Under the pieces are notes generated by a model. That model saw nothing but the letters and a program-made list of their open reading frames with translations, was not told the origin of the DNA and did not search any database. Shown here one piece after another: positions 27,517 to 36,753 of a stretch of 64,000 nt of DNA (its first letter is position 1; each line of letters begins with the position of its first letter). The DNA is from an uncultured Roseivirgaceae bacterium (lineage in GTDB: Bacteria > Bacteroidota > Bacteroidia > Cytophagales > Cyclobacteriaceae). The stretch is taken from NCBI GenBank assembly GCA_964393795.1, contig CAYMWA010000002.1, positions 15,604 through 79,603 of the forward strand, in the 5' to 3' direction. A program made the position numbers and the translations under genes.

Positions 27517-27702
27517 CTTCACTGTACTTTTTGTTCACGCAATTTAGTATGCAGCGTGGAAACATCCGCCTGTCGCGGGCAAAACCGATGAAGGAATATT
27601 TCATTATTTTTACCCGAACTATACTGTCAGCATATTACCATGGCGTATGTGTTCGTATTAAGCTTAGACATCCGAAGTGCACTTAGACTAACGAATCTGC
27701 TT

Positions 27703-29307
27703 ATGAAGTTGAGAATGACGTACGGTTGCTTCGCCCTCATCGGCATGTTGCTGTTCCCGGTAGCATCGAAGGGCCAGGCAAGTGTGAGAAAAATGTCTTC
27801 GACGATCAACCATCCTTCGCTTAACGTTTATGCTCCCTATATCAGCGCCGATGCCAATGCGATTGTCTTCCTGTCTGACAACGCCGAAGACCGTGTGCTC
27901 ACGCCCTTTTTCTCCTACCGGGAACGCGGCGACTGGAAGGAGCCACAGGTACTACCGAAGGCCGTCAACACACGTTTAAACTTCTTGCGCGGATACGGGC
28001 TAAGTGCCGACGGCAGCACATTGTACTTTAGCACCCTGAAGTCTCCAGGTGTAGGTGGTTTTGATATCTGCACCAGTGAATGGCGCGGTGGTGCGGCATG
28101 GACCAATCCGGTGAACCTGGGCAAACCCATCAACACGCGGGCACATGAGGCATGCCCTTCCATCACCCCTGACGGACGCATGTTGTACTTCATGCGATGT
28201 GAGAAGATGAGCCAGAACGCCGCAGCGGGCTGTGTACTTTTTCGCGTGGAAAAAAAATTGAACGGATTATGGGGAGAACCCGAAGCGCTTCCTGACTACA
28301 TCAACACCGGGAATTCACAAACACCGCGTATCATGGCAGACGCAGAGACACTTATTTTCTCTTCTGATCAAATGGGAACGACAAGAGGCGGTATGGATCT
28401 GTACATGACGCGCTACCGCGACGGTGTCTGGAGTACTCCGGTTCCTCTTGACTTCGTGAATACCGAAAGCGACGATCAGTATGTATCTGTAACCGGATTA
28501 GGGCGCTACCTGCTGCGCGATTCACCGGGCGAGCGCAGGAATCACCTTATGGAATACCTGATCCCCGAATCGCTTCGTCCGAAAGGGATGATGAAAATTG
28601 TCGGCACAGTGGTGGATGAATCCGGAAAGCCGGTGCAGGCATATATATCGCTGCTGAATACCGACACCGGTGAACGCGTTTACAACAGCCGGCCTGACAG
28701 CGATGGTACGTTTCTACTCTATGCGATGGAGGGAAGCCGGTATGAATTGGCGGTGGATCCGGACCATGGCAATCAGACCTGGTTCACACAGTCTTTTGAC
28801 CTGACCGCTGATGACATTCCACAGCAGGAGAAGGTGCATGCCGTACTGAAACCGGTTGCCGAGGGCGACGAGTGGACCCTTGGGGACGTGGTGTTCAATC
28901 CGCATTCCGATGTGATCGACATGGCCGCGTCACAGCGTGAACTACAACGGTTTTCAAGGGTAGTGACAAGCAATCCGCATCTGGCCTTCGAGTTGGAGGT
29001 GTTGTTTGAAGGTTATGCCGAGGATTCCATTGCTTCAGCACCCGACATGACCGAGATTCGGATAGACACGGTGCATTGGCTTTACATCGACATTGATACA
29101 CTCGGGCAATTGTACGAACGCGATACGGCGAGTATCAAGGTGGTCTATCACAACGACCGGACCCCTGCCCAAGTGCAGGCCCTGGTGTCGTACCTCATCT
29201 CCAGGGGTGTGCCGCCTGACAACCTGCGCGGCATTGCCACGGCTATTCCGGCGATATTGCCTGGCGACAGAAAGACGACAGTGAGCGTGCGGGCGGTCAA
29301 AAAGTGA
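27703..29307 (+). CDS. Secreted PD40 beta-propeller + beta-sandwich + degenerate OmpA-like domain protein
   Basis: Repeats such as PYISADANAIVFLS, LSADGSTLYFS, PSITPDGRMLYF and GGMDLY, then DSDGTF, then VVFNPHSD. Start uncertain (27640 or 27703). Confidence 0.75.
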   Translation: MKLRMTYGCFALIGMLLFPVASKGQASVRKMSSTINHPSLNVYAPYISADANAIVFLSDNAEDRVLTPFFSYRERGDWKEPQVLPKAVNTRLNFLRGYGLSADGSTLYFSTLKSPGVGGFDICTSEWRGGAAWTNPVNLGKPINTRAHEACPSITPDGRMLYFMRCEKMSQNAAAGCVLFRVEKKLNGLWGEPEALPDYINTGNSQTPRIMADAETLIFSSDQMGTTRGGMDLYMTRYRDGVWSTPVPLDFVNTESDDQYVSVTGLGRYLLRDSPGERRNHLMEYLIPESLRPKGMMKIVGTVVDESGKPVQAYISLLNTDTGERVYNSRPDSDGTFLLYAMEGSRYELAVDPDHGNQTWFTQSFDLTADDIPQQEKVHAVLKPVAEGDEWTLGDVVFNPHSDVIDMAASQRELQRFSRVVTSNPHLAFELEVLFEGYAEDSIASAPDMTEIRIDTVHWLYIDIDTLGQLYERDTASIKVVYHNDRTPAQVQALVSYLISRGVPPDNLRGIATAIPAILPGDRKTTVSVRAVKK

Positions 29308-29851
29308 AAGGCACAGACACCAGCGTCTTGTCCCACATCAGCACCATTTCAGCGTCTTCACCGGTCTTTTCAAAGGCGATGGTAAACTGTTCAAAAACCT
29401 GCTCCTGTTGAAGGGCGTGCACGTCTACGGTCAGCACATCGAGATCAGGATCGCGGTTGGGTTCGCCTTTTGAGTCGAGGCCCCACTGACCATATTCGGA
29501 ATTAAAAATAATGGTCCATGTGTTGGGACGTGGGATGGTCCACAATGAGTACTTCCCCGCTTTCAGAACGTCACCTTCGAACTGGAGATCCTTGTTGGTT
29601 TCGAATGTAGTGGCCTCGTTGGCACCGGTGCGCCACACCTTGTCGTACGGCACAAGCCCGCCAAAAATAACGCGTCCCTTTTTTGAAGGACGGTTGTAAA
29701 AGACTTTGATCGCGAGGTCGCCCTGCTGATAATAGACCTCTTCTTCAGGGCTGAATGACTTTGTGTTTCTCTTCTGCATGTAGCCGATGAAGGCTACAAT
29801 TCCGGCAAGAACGGCTATTCCAATAAGACTGAACATCAAAAACTTCCGCAT
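29297..29851 (-). CDS. DUF2911-family protein
   Basis: YNRPSKKGRVIFGGLVPYDKVWRTGANEAT, GKYSLWTIP and W..GY/QWG motifs. Confidence 0.9.
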   Translation of the reverse strand: MRKFLMFSLIGIAVLAGIVAFIGYMQKRNTKSFSPEEEVYYQQGDLAIKVFYNRPSKKGRVIFGGLVPYDKVWRTGANEATTFETNKDLQFEGDVLKAGKYSLWTIPRPNTWTIIFNSEYGQWGLDSKGEPNRDPDLDVLTVDVHALQQEQVFEQFTIAFEKTGEDAEMVLMWDKTLVSVPFTF

Positions 29852-29945
29852 ATTCGAAACAGCTAAAAATCAAATGCCTGTCTGCAAAGGGCTTAACTTA
29901 AAAACAATTTTCTATTCTTTCCATTAAAAATAGATTAATAGGGGC

Positions 29946-29953
29946 TAATTTTG
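29946..29953 (+). promoter_or_regulatory. -7 promoter box upstream of the sORF and LOG gene
   Basis: TAATTTTG within an AT-rich intergenic region. Confidence 0.55.
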
Positions 29954-29981
29954 CCTGTATTGAGAACGAAATCGTATCGAA

Positions 29982-30095
29982 ATGGATTGGTTACCTTTTT
30001 ACGTCGTTGTGGTGTTGTTTATCCTTGCCATTATTTCCCCTTTCGTCTTCCCTAACAAGACGGTAAGCGAGCACGAGGAAGACAACAAATTCTAG
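29982..30095 (+). CDS. 37-aa single-pass membrane peptide (not in the ORF track)
   Basis: Manual translation: MDWLPFYVVVVLFILAIISPFVFPNKTVSEHEEDNKF*. It has one ~20-aa hydrophobic helix and an acidic tail, and lies downstream of a -7 box. Confidence 0.65.
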   Translation: MDWLPFYVVVVLFILAIISPFVFPNKTVSEHEEDNKF

Positions 30096-30111
30096 TTCGC
30101 GCTCACAGCAC

Positions 30112-30657
30112 TTGATGAACATCTGTGTTTTCTGCGGTTCCGGAAACGGTTTTGATTCCGTTTATGCTGCGGCTGCAGGAAAGCTGGGAACGTTGCTCGG
30201 CTCGGCGTCCATGCGCCTCATATACGGTGGTGGTAACGTTGGACTGATGGGCGTCATCGCCGATGCGGTACTTGCGGCCAATGGCCGGGTTACCGGTGTG
30301 ATCCCCACCTTTCTTCTCGATCGGGAGGTCGGCCATCGTGGTATCACAGATTTGGAAGTGGTGGAGAGCATGCATGAGCGAAAACAGCGGATGGCCGACC
30401 TTGCCGACGCATTTGTGGCGCTTCCCGGAGGATGGGGCACCCTCGAAGAACTTTCGGAAATCCTTACCTGGAAACAGCTCGGGTTGATCACGCAACCTGT
30501 CTGTTTACTAAATATTAATCGTTTTTTTGATCCCCTTCTTGACCAGATGCGTTTAATGGTGAGAGAAGGTTTTCTCAAGTCAGACTACTTCGATCTTTTA
30601 CACGTCGAAAACAAGCCGGAAAACGTGATTTCTCTTTTCACCGGCAAAGGCCGCTGA
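30112..30657 (+). CDS. LOG-family nucleoside monophosphate phosphoribohydrolase
   Basis: ICVFCGS, YGGGNVGLMG, MHERK and PGGWGTLEE motifs. Confidence 0.93.
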   Translation: MMNICVFCGSGNGFDSVYAAAAGKLGTLLGSASMRLIYGGGNVGLMGVIADAVLAANGRVTGVIPTFLLDREVGHRGITDLEVVESMHERKQRMADLADAFVALPGGWGTLEELSEILTWKQLGLITQPVCLLNINRFFDPLLDQMRLMVREGFLKSDYFDLLHVENKPENVISLFTGKGR

Positions 30658-30705
30658 AAGCAACTGTCTCGGATTTTCACTATATTGAGATGACCCGCAA
30701 TTGTC

Positions 30706-31941
30706 GTGATCATGCGCCTGTTTCTGTTGTTGGTATTTCTTTGTCTTTCCGCACCGGGAGCCCTTGGCCAAACCCTTGGCTTTGGACTTGCCGATGGACG
30801 GAAACGCGTGCGCATTCCCATTGAGGTCTACAATAATCTCGTTATTGTGCCGGTCGTGTTAAACGATGCATTGCCGCTGAAGTTTATTCTCGACACCGGG
30901 GTGCGCACTGCAATCCTTACGCAAAAATCCTTTTCCGATATCCTCAATCTTGACTATTCCCGGAAGTATTCGATATCCGCTCCCGGAGGACAACAGATCA
31001 TCGACGCCTATATCACCAATAACGTATCGCTTGAACTGCCCGGCGTTTTGGGTCGCGGGCATGCCATGCTGGTACTGGGTGAGGACTACCTGGAACTGAG
31101 AAACTATCTCGGCACTGACGTACACGGAATACTCGGTTACGAACTCTTCAGCCGCTTCATTGTCGAAATTGACTACGAAAGAAAATTGCTGACACTCACA
31201 CTGCCTTCAGCGTTCAAAAAACGGAGACGATTCCAGACCATTCCCATCCGTATCGAAGACACCAAGCCTTATATGACTACTTCCGTTGTGTTAGACGATG
31301 GGACACAGCTTACCGCGAAGTTGCTTGTCGACAGTGGTGCCAGTCACGGTCTCATGCTGGAGCCCACTTCCGACAGAAGGATTCACGTGCCGGACAGCAC
31401 GATCAGCAGCATCATCGGTCGCGGACTCGGTGGTGAAATTACCGGCAAAGTGGGGAGAATCCAGATGCTCAGAATGGGCACGTACGAAATTGATGATGTC
31501 ATCGCCAGTTTCCCCGACCCCAACAGTTATTTTGACAGTCTCAAACTCGGTGCTACAGGAAGGAACGGAGCGGTGGGTGGCGAGGTATTAAGCCGGTTCA
31601 CCGTGATTTATAATTTTCCGAGGGAGGAAATGTACATTAAGAAAAATGCATCGTTCAGGAAGAAGTTTCATTACAACCTCAGCGGTCTGACGATCAAAGC
31701 CAAAGGGTCGCGACTCAACGTATTTGAAGTGATCGAAGTACGGGAGAAGTCCGTGTCGGATTTGGCCGGCGTATTGGCGGGCGACCTGATCGTTAACATT
31801 AACGGCTACAATGCCGCCATACTCGACCTCAATACCTTGAATGGGTTCTTCAATAACAAACCGGGGAAGCGTATCAGGTTGACGGTCAATCGCAACGGAA
31901 CGCTTCTCAAACTGAACTTTGAACTAGCCGATCAGATTTAA
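30706..31941 (+). CDS. Secreted double retropepsin-like aspartyl protease with PDZ domain
   Basis: FILDTGV and LLVDSGA motifs, GILG..LFSRF, and a C-terminal PDZ (AGVLAGDLIVNING). Confidence 0.88.
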   Translation: MIMRLFLLLVFLCLSAPGALGQTLGFGLADGRKRVRIPIEVYNNLVIVPVVLNDALPLKFILDTGVRTAILTQKSFSDILNLDYSRKYSISAPGGQQIIDAYITNNVSLELPGVLGRGHAMLVLGEDYLELRNYLGTDVHGILGYELFSRFIVEIDYERKLLTLTLPSAFKKRRRFQTIPIRIEDTKPYMTTSVVLDDGTQLTAKLLVDSGASHGLMLEPTSDRRIHVPDSTISSIIGRGLGGEITGKVGRIQMLRMGTYEIDDVIASFPDPNSYFDSLKLGATGRNGAVGGEVLSRFTVIYNFPREEMYIKKNASFRKKFHYNLSGLTIKAKGSRLNVFEVIEVREKSVSDLAGVLAGDLIVNINGYNAAILDLNTLNGFFNNKPGKRIRLTVNRNGTLLKLNFELADQI

Positions 31942-32412
31942 CTAGGCACGCAACCTGCGCAGCTGTCTTTTGCGTCGTTCGTAAGCCCTGTCGAGAAACA
32001 TTTGCGTGCGCTTGAACTTGGTGGAATTTCCCAAACTGCTGTTAAAAGATTCAGCTGAAAAATTTTGTTTCAGGACGTAATCAAGTATTCCGTTAGTGGC
32101 CGATTCATGATAATTTGAATTCTTGATAACGGTGATGGGCACCTCTCTTGTCTTTCGCCCTTTGCGAAGTGCTTCAATCGTCTCCGCCAATTCCGTCCTG
32201 CCGATATTGTCGTCGATTAAAATAAAGTCAGGCGTGAACGCAAGTAAACGTTCGACGATACTTCTCAAATCGAAAGCGATCTCCGTCACGATTCTCCGCC
32301 CGCGGATCTGGTTGATCTTCTCAAGCGTTTTCGTGAGGTCAATAGGGTTATTGCCAATCAGCAGGACGTTGAGAGGCTCGGTACGTTTCGACAATTGAAT
32401 CTTCGTTTCCAT
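31942..32412 (-). CDS. Atypical stand-alone receiver-domain protein
   Basis: REC-like pattern (PDFILID, ..PI.V, DYVLK), but beta1 is LLIGNN with no acidic pair. Basic C-terminal helix. Confidence 0.7.
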   Translation of the reverse strand: METKIQLSKRTEPLNVLLIGNNPIDLTKTLEKINQIRGRRIVTEIAFDLRSIVERLLAFTPDFILIDDNIGRTELAETIEALRKGRKTREVPITVIKNSNYHESATNGILDYVLKQNFSAESFNSSLGNSTKFKRTQMFLDRAYERRKRQLRRLRA

Positions 32413-32454
32413 ATTCCGCAGTTATTTAACTGTGACTTCGACTGAAAGGTTGCA

Positions 32455-32471
32455 AGCAACCTTCGTTCCAA
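32455..32471 (-). promoter_or_regulatory. Putative sigma54 promoter for the receiver gene
   Basis: Minus strand TTGGAACGAAGGTTGCT has GG-N10-GC spacing and lies about 43 nt upstream of the ATG. Confidence 0.55.
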
Positions 32472-32540
32472 CGCTTAAATTGCGCACTTTTGAATGCCAG
32501 CTGGCAGTTTTAGTGCCATTTTGAAACGATTCAAACTTTA

Positions 32541-33647
32541 TTGGGAAAAATCATCGTTATCGGCGGCGGTCTTGGCGGATTGGTTTCTTCTATACAACTG
32601 ATCCGGGCAGGACTATCGTGCACGGTGATCGAAAAAAAATCGTACCCGTTTCACCGCGTCTGCGGGGAATATGTTTCGAATGAAGCCCGTTCTTTTCTTA
32701 CTGCTTCAGGATTGTATCCCACCGGGCTGGATTTGCCACAAATACAATTTCTCAATGTGTCTTCGATTTCCGGTCACTCTTCTAAACTCGCTCTCGACCT
32801 TGGTGGTTTTGGGATCAGTCGATACACATTCGACCATCATTTGTACAACATCGCCCGGGAGGAGGGCGTCACTTTTCATCTCGACGCGGAGGTAACCGGT
32901 GTGCATTTCGAAGACGGCGTTTTCCAGGTCACCACGAAATCAACAGTACTGACCGCCGATGTGGTGATCGGCGCGTTTGGAAAGCGATCCAGAATCGATC
33001 ATCAACTGGACAGGGCTTTTATCAAAACACGATCGCCGTGGGTAGGTGTCAAGTACCATGCGCGAACAGATCATCCTGCGGACGTCATTGCGCTGCACAA
33101 TTTCCCCAGGGGTTACTGTGGCGTGTGCAGGGTAGACAACGGCCTGACTAACGTATGTTACCTGACGCATAGGGAAAACCTTAAAGAAGCAGGAGATCTG
33201 CACGCCATGGAAGAATCAACGCTGTTCGTCAATCCACTGATACGGGATCTTTTCGAACGAGCACAGTTTGTTTTTGAAAAACCGGAGGTCATCAATGAAG
33301 TCTCGTTCCAAACGAAGATGCCCATAGTGGATCACGTGTTAATGGTAGGTGATGCAGCGGGCATGATTACACCCGTGTGCGGAAACGGGATGGCCATTGC
33401 GATCCACTCCGGCAAGATCGTGGCCGAACTCGTCGCACAGTTTTGCGCCGGCACGATTGATCGGGCGACGCTTGAATTGCGCTATCGCGAGGCCTGGAAT
33501 GACCAGTTTAAACGCCGTCTTTGGTTCGGCCGCGCCATACAGAAACTGTTTGTACAGCCCTCCTTGTCCAAACTTGTAGTCCGAATGGCGATGGTGCGAC
33601 CGCTGGCTGGACATATTTTACGAAGCACGCATGGCCAACCCTTCTAG
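32541..33647 (+). CDS. FAD-dependent oxidoreductase (geranylgeranyl reductase/monooxygenase-like)
   Basis: IIVIGGGLGG, HRVCGEY.S.E, GAFGKRS and VGDAAGMITPVCGNGMAIA motifs. TTG start. Confidence 0.9.
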   Translation: MGKIIVIGGGLGGLVSSIQLIRAGLSCTVIEKKSYPFHRVCGEYVSNEARSFLTASGLYPTGLDLPQIQFLNVSSISGHSSKLALDLGGFGISRYTFDHHLYNIAREEGVTFHLDAEVTGVHFEDGVFQVTTKSTVLTADVVIGAFGKRSRIDHQLDRAFIKTRSPWVGVKYHARTDHPADVIALHNFPRGYCGVCRVDNGLTNVCYLTHRENLKEAGDLHAMEESTLFVNPLIRDLFERAQFVFEKPEVINEVSFQTKMPIVDHVLMVGDAAGMITPVCGNGMAIAIHSGKIVAELVAQFCAGTIDRATLELRYREAWNDQFKRRLWFGRAIQKLFVQPSLSKLVVRMAMVRPLAGHILRSTHGQPF

Positions 33648-33693
33648 CATAGGTGCAATCAATATTTTTTTACTACCTTAAACCACAAAAAGA

Positions 33694-34656
33694 ATGAACC
33701 GTCACGATTTTCTAAAATCACTGGGTTTTGCCGCACTGGCTGGCCCTACTGCAATTTCTGCGCTTTCCTGCGGCCCCAAGAAATCCACCGATCAGGCAGC
33801 CGCGACCACAGTCGAAACAAGTAGCGATCTCTTCTTCAAGATTTCGCTGGCAGAGTGGTCTTTGAACAAGCAATTGTTTGCCGGACAAATGAATCATCTC
33901 GACTTTCCTGCACGGGCAAAGAATGACTTTGGTATTGAGGCGATTGAGCATGTCAACCAGTTTTTCAAAGACAAGGCAAAAGACAAGGCCTATCTGGGAG
34001 AGTTGAAAATGCGATGTGACGACCTCGGCGTAAAGAGTGTGCTCATTATGTGCGACGGTGAAGGCGGATTGGGCAACACTCAGGAATCCGCAAGAATGCA
34101 AGCGGTTGACAATCATAAGAAGTGGGTGGAAGCCGCGCAATTCCTGGGCTGTCATGCCATCCGGGTGAACGCTTTTGGCGAGGGCACGGCAGAAGCCGTC
34201 GCGGCAGCTGCAACGCAAGGCCTGACCGCTTTATCACAGTTTGCGAAAGATTACAACATCAATGTCATCGTCGAGAACCATGGCGGCTATTCTTCGAATG
34301 GAAAATGGCTGGCCAATGTTATTGCCGGCACGCAAATGGACAACTGTGGAACGCTTCCTGATTTTGGTAATTTCTGTATTGTCCGTGAGAACAACGAATG
34401 CAAGGAGGAGTATGACCGCTACCAGGGTACCCGGGAGATGATGCCTTATGCCAAAGGGGTAAGTGCAAAAAGTATGAACTTTGATGCCGAAGGCAATTGT
34501 ATCGAGACAGACTATGAAAAAATGCTTCGCATTGTTCGTGATGCCGGCTACACCGGCCACATCGGTATAGAATACGAAGGCGACAAGCTGTCAGAGGAAG
34601 AGGGAATTCTCGCTACGAAAGCGTTGCTTGAACGCGTTGGAGCAAGCCTCTCATAA
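33694..34656 (+). CDS. Exported sugar-phosphate isomerase/epimerase (xylose-isomerase-like TIM barrel)
   Basis: [33 protein letters not shown] and IGIEYEG motifs. Tat-like N-terminus with lipobox ALSC. Confidence 0.85.
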   Translation: MNRHDFLKSLGFAALAGPTAISALSCGPKKSTDQAAATTVETSSDLFFKISLAEWSLNKQLFAGQMNHLDFPARAKNDFGIEAIEHVNQFFKDKAKDKAYLGELKMRCDDLGVKSVLIMCDGEGGLGNTQESARMQAVDNHKKWVEAAQFLGCHAIRVNAFGEGTAEAVAAAATQGLTALSQFAKDYNINVIVENHGGYSSNGKWLANVIAGTQMDNCGTLPDFGNFCIVRENNECKEEYDRYQGTREMMPYAKGVSAKSMNFDAEGNCIETDYEKMLRIVRDAGYTGHIGIEYEGDKLSEEEGILATKALLERVGASLS

Positions 34657-34718
34657 ACGGAAATATTCTATCAGGACAGGGCGGCCACGCCCCGGGGTTG
34701 GAGCACCGCCCAGCCGGT

Positions 34719-35597
34719 CTATACGATCGCCTGAGTGCTGAAAAGCCACAGGAAATACGCGTTCAGGCAAATGCCGGAGATCAGGTTCATGCGCATGGCA
34801 TGGCGGTAATTGGCCGCACGTGCGTCTTTTGCTACCCGAACGAACCAATAGAAAAAGAAGGACAGCATTGGGACAAGCGCCAACAAGAAAACCCAGGCAT
34901 AGACATTTCCGAACGTCAATTTAAGATACACCAGAAAGCCTGCCAAAGCCACGGCAAAAGCCGTTGCCGCAAAATAGAAGGTGCCGGTAACCCCTAGTTT
35001 TGCACTGAGGGTTACATCACCCCTTTTTAAATCTTCTTCATGCTGGTAAACCTGCGTCAGCGGGTAGTTCGCCCACAGCATCGCACTCGTGAGCAGGCCC
35101 GGAATGACTACACTGATGTCTGCCACGCTTTCATGTTTCAAATCATTAACGCCGATGTATGCCATCGCGAACGTAAACAGTCCCTGGAAGATACCCGTAA
35201 TGAGCCAACTTGTCCACGCCAGCTTTTTCAAGCGGATCGCCGGATGGCTGTAAGCTTTGGAGACCAACCCGTAAATCAGCACCATGATGGCAAACGTGGT
35301 ATTGATTTTTATAAAACTCAGCATGATGGCGACAACATCGAATGACAGCGCCAGGAAGTAGAGGCCTTTGTTTACCGGGGGTGGGTTTTTCAGACCGCCG
35401 ATGCTTTTTTCATCCTTGTCGAAATAACTGTTGTATCCGTTGCTTGCCGGATATAGCAGGAAGTGAAGGATAAAGAACACCCAGAAGATCCTATCCCACT
35501 CCAGGTGGCGTGATATGCTCAAGCTGAATAGGAATATCGGTAGCAGGAAGAACGAGAACGGTATCCGTAAATGGAGCCAGGCAGCGCGCGAAAACAT
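34719..35597 (-). CDS. UbiA-superfamily prenyltransferase
   Basis: About 8 TM segments with the Asp-rich motifs NGYNSYFDKDE and YQHEEDLKRGDVT. Confidence 0.88.
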   Translation of the reverse strand: MFSRAAWLHLRIPFSFFLLPIFLFSLSISRHLEWDRIFWVFFILHFLLYPASNGYNSYFDKDEKSIGGLKNPPPVNKGLYFLALSFDVVAIMLSFIKINTTFAIMVLIYGLVSKAYSHPAIRLKKLAWTSWLITGIFQGLFTFAMAYIGVNDLKHESVADISVVIPGLLTSAMLWANYPLTQVYQHEEDLKRGDVTLSAKLGVTGTFYFAATAFAVALAGFLVYLKLTFGNVYAWVFLLALVPMLSFFFYWFVRVAKDARAANYRHAMRMNLISGICLNAYFLWLFSTQAIV

Positions 35598-35646
35598 AGG
35601 CGGCGGTTTTACATCAAGTTAGGGCTTTTAACTGTATTATTGAATT

Positions 35647-36750
35647 ATGAGTTACATCACGGCGATCGGCACCGCCAACCCGGCGAATCGCTACAGCCAG
35701 TCGCGAATTGCAGCTTTCATGCATCGGAGTATGCAATTCAGCAACGGAGAAGAGCGCAAGCTGAAGGCCGTGTTCCGCGCGAGCGGGATTGCCTATCGCC
35801 ATTCGGTCCTTGAAGACTATGGCAGGTTGGAGGGATATACCTTTTATCCAGACACCGCCGACCTTGAACCCTTCCCGACCACCGCCAAGCGCCTCGAGGT
35901 CTTCCGAACGCATGCGCTGAGTCTCAGCCTTGCATCGGTCGATGACATGCTGCAAGACTCCCCGCAGTTCCACATCGAGCGGGTAACACATTTGATCATG
36001 GTATGCTGTACCGGTATGTACGCGCCCGGTCTTGATATCGACCTGGTCAATTCCCTGGGCCTGTCCCCTTCAGTGAGTCGCACGGCCATCAACTTCATGG
36101 GATGCCACGCGTCCTTCAATGCGTTGAAGGTGGCAGATGCTTTTTGCAAAAGTGATCCGGATGCAAAAGTGCTGATCGTGTGTACGGAGCTGTGTACGAT
36201 ACATTTTCAACGCGTCGCGACCGACGACAATATTCTTGCAAACGCTTTGTTTGCGGATGGCGCTGCCGCGGTGTTGGTCGAAGCCGAGACCGAAAACCCT
36301 ATGCGCCTCGTCCTGGAACAATATCATTCGGTGCTCGCGCGCGAAGGTGCACGCGATATGGCATGGACGATAGGTGACCTCGGTTTTGAAATGCGGCTTT
36401 CTTCGTACGTGCCTGACCTGATCAGCGATGGTATTGGCGAATTGATGACCCGGTTGCTGACAAAGGGAGGCATTACCCGATCGCAGCTTGCGCACTACGC
36501 CATTCACCCCGGCGGAAAGAAAATACTTGAAGTGGCAGAACAGGCCCTGGAGATCACCAGGCACCAAAATGCTGCAGCGTATCACGTCTTGAAAAACTAC
36601 GGTAATATGTCTTCTCCCACCGTGTTATTTGTACTCAAAGAAGTCGTGCGAAAACTCAACGACTCCAATCACGGTGAACGCATTCTTGGCCTCGCCTTTG
36701 GCCCGGGGCTTACACTTGAAAGCATGATTCTTCGAATAGACAGACCTTGA
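35647..36750 (+). CDS. Type III polyketide synthase
   Basis: Catalytic triad context FMGC(H), IHPGG and YGNMSS. Also TELCTIH, LFADGAAA and AFGPGL. Confidence 0.95.
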   Translation: MSYITAIGTANPANRYSQSRIAAFMHRSMQFSNGEERKLKAVFRASGIAYRHSVLEDYGRLEGYTFYPDTADLEPFPTTAKRLEVFRTHALSLSLASVDDMLQDSPQFHIERVTHLIMVCCTGMYAPGLDIDLVNSLGLSPSVSRTAINFMGCHASFNALKVADAFCKSDPDAKVLIVCTELCTIHFQRVATDDNILANALFADGAAAVLVEAETENPMRLVLEQYHSVLAREGARDMAWTIGDLGFEMRLSSYVPDLISDGIGELMTRLLTKGGITRSQLAHYAIHPGGKKILEVAEQALEITRHQNAAAYHVLKNYGNMSSPTVLFVLKEVVRKLNDSNHGERILGLAFGPGLTLESMILRIDRP

Positions 36751-36753
36751 ACG

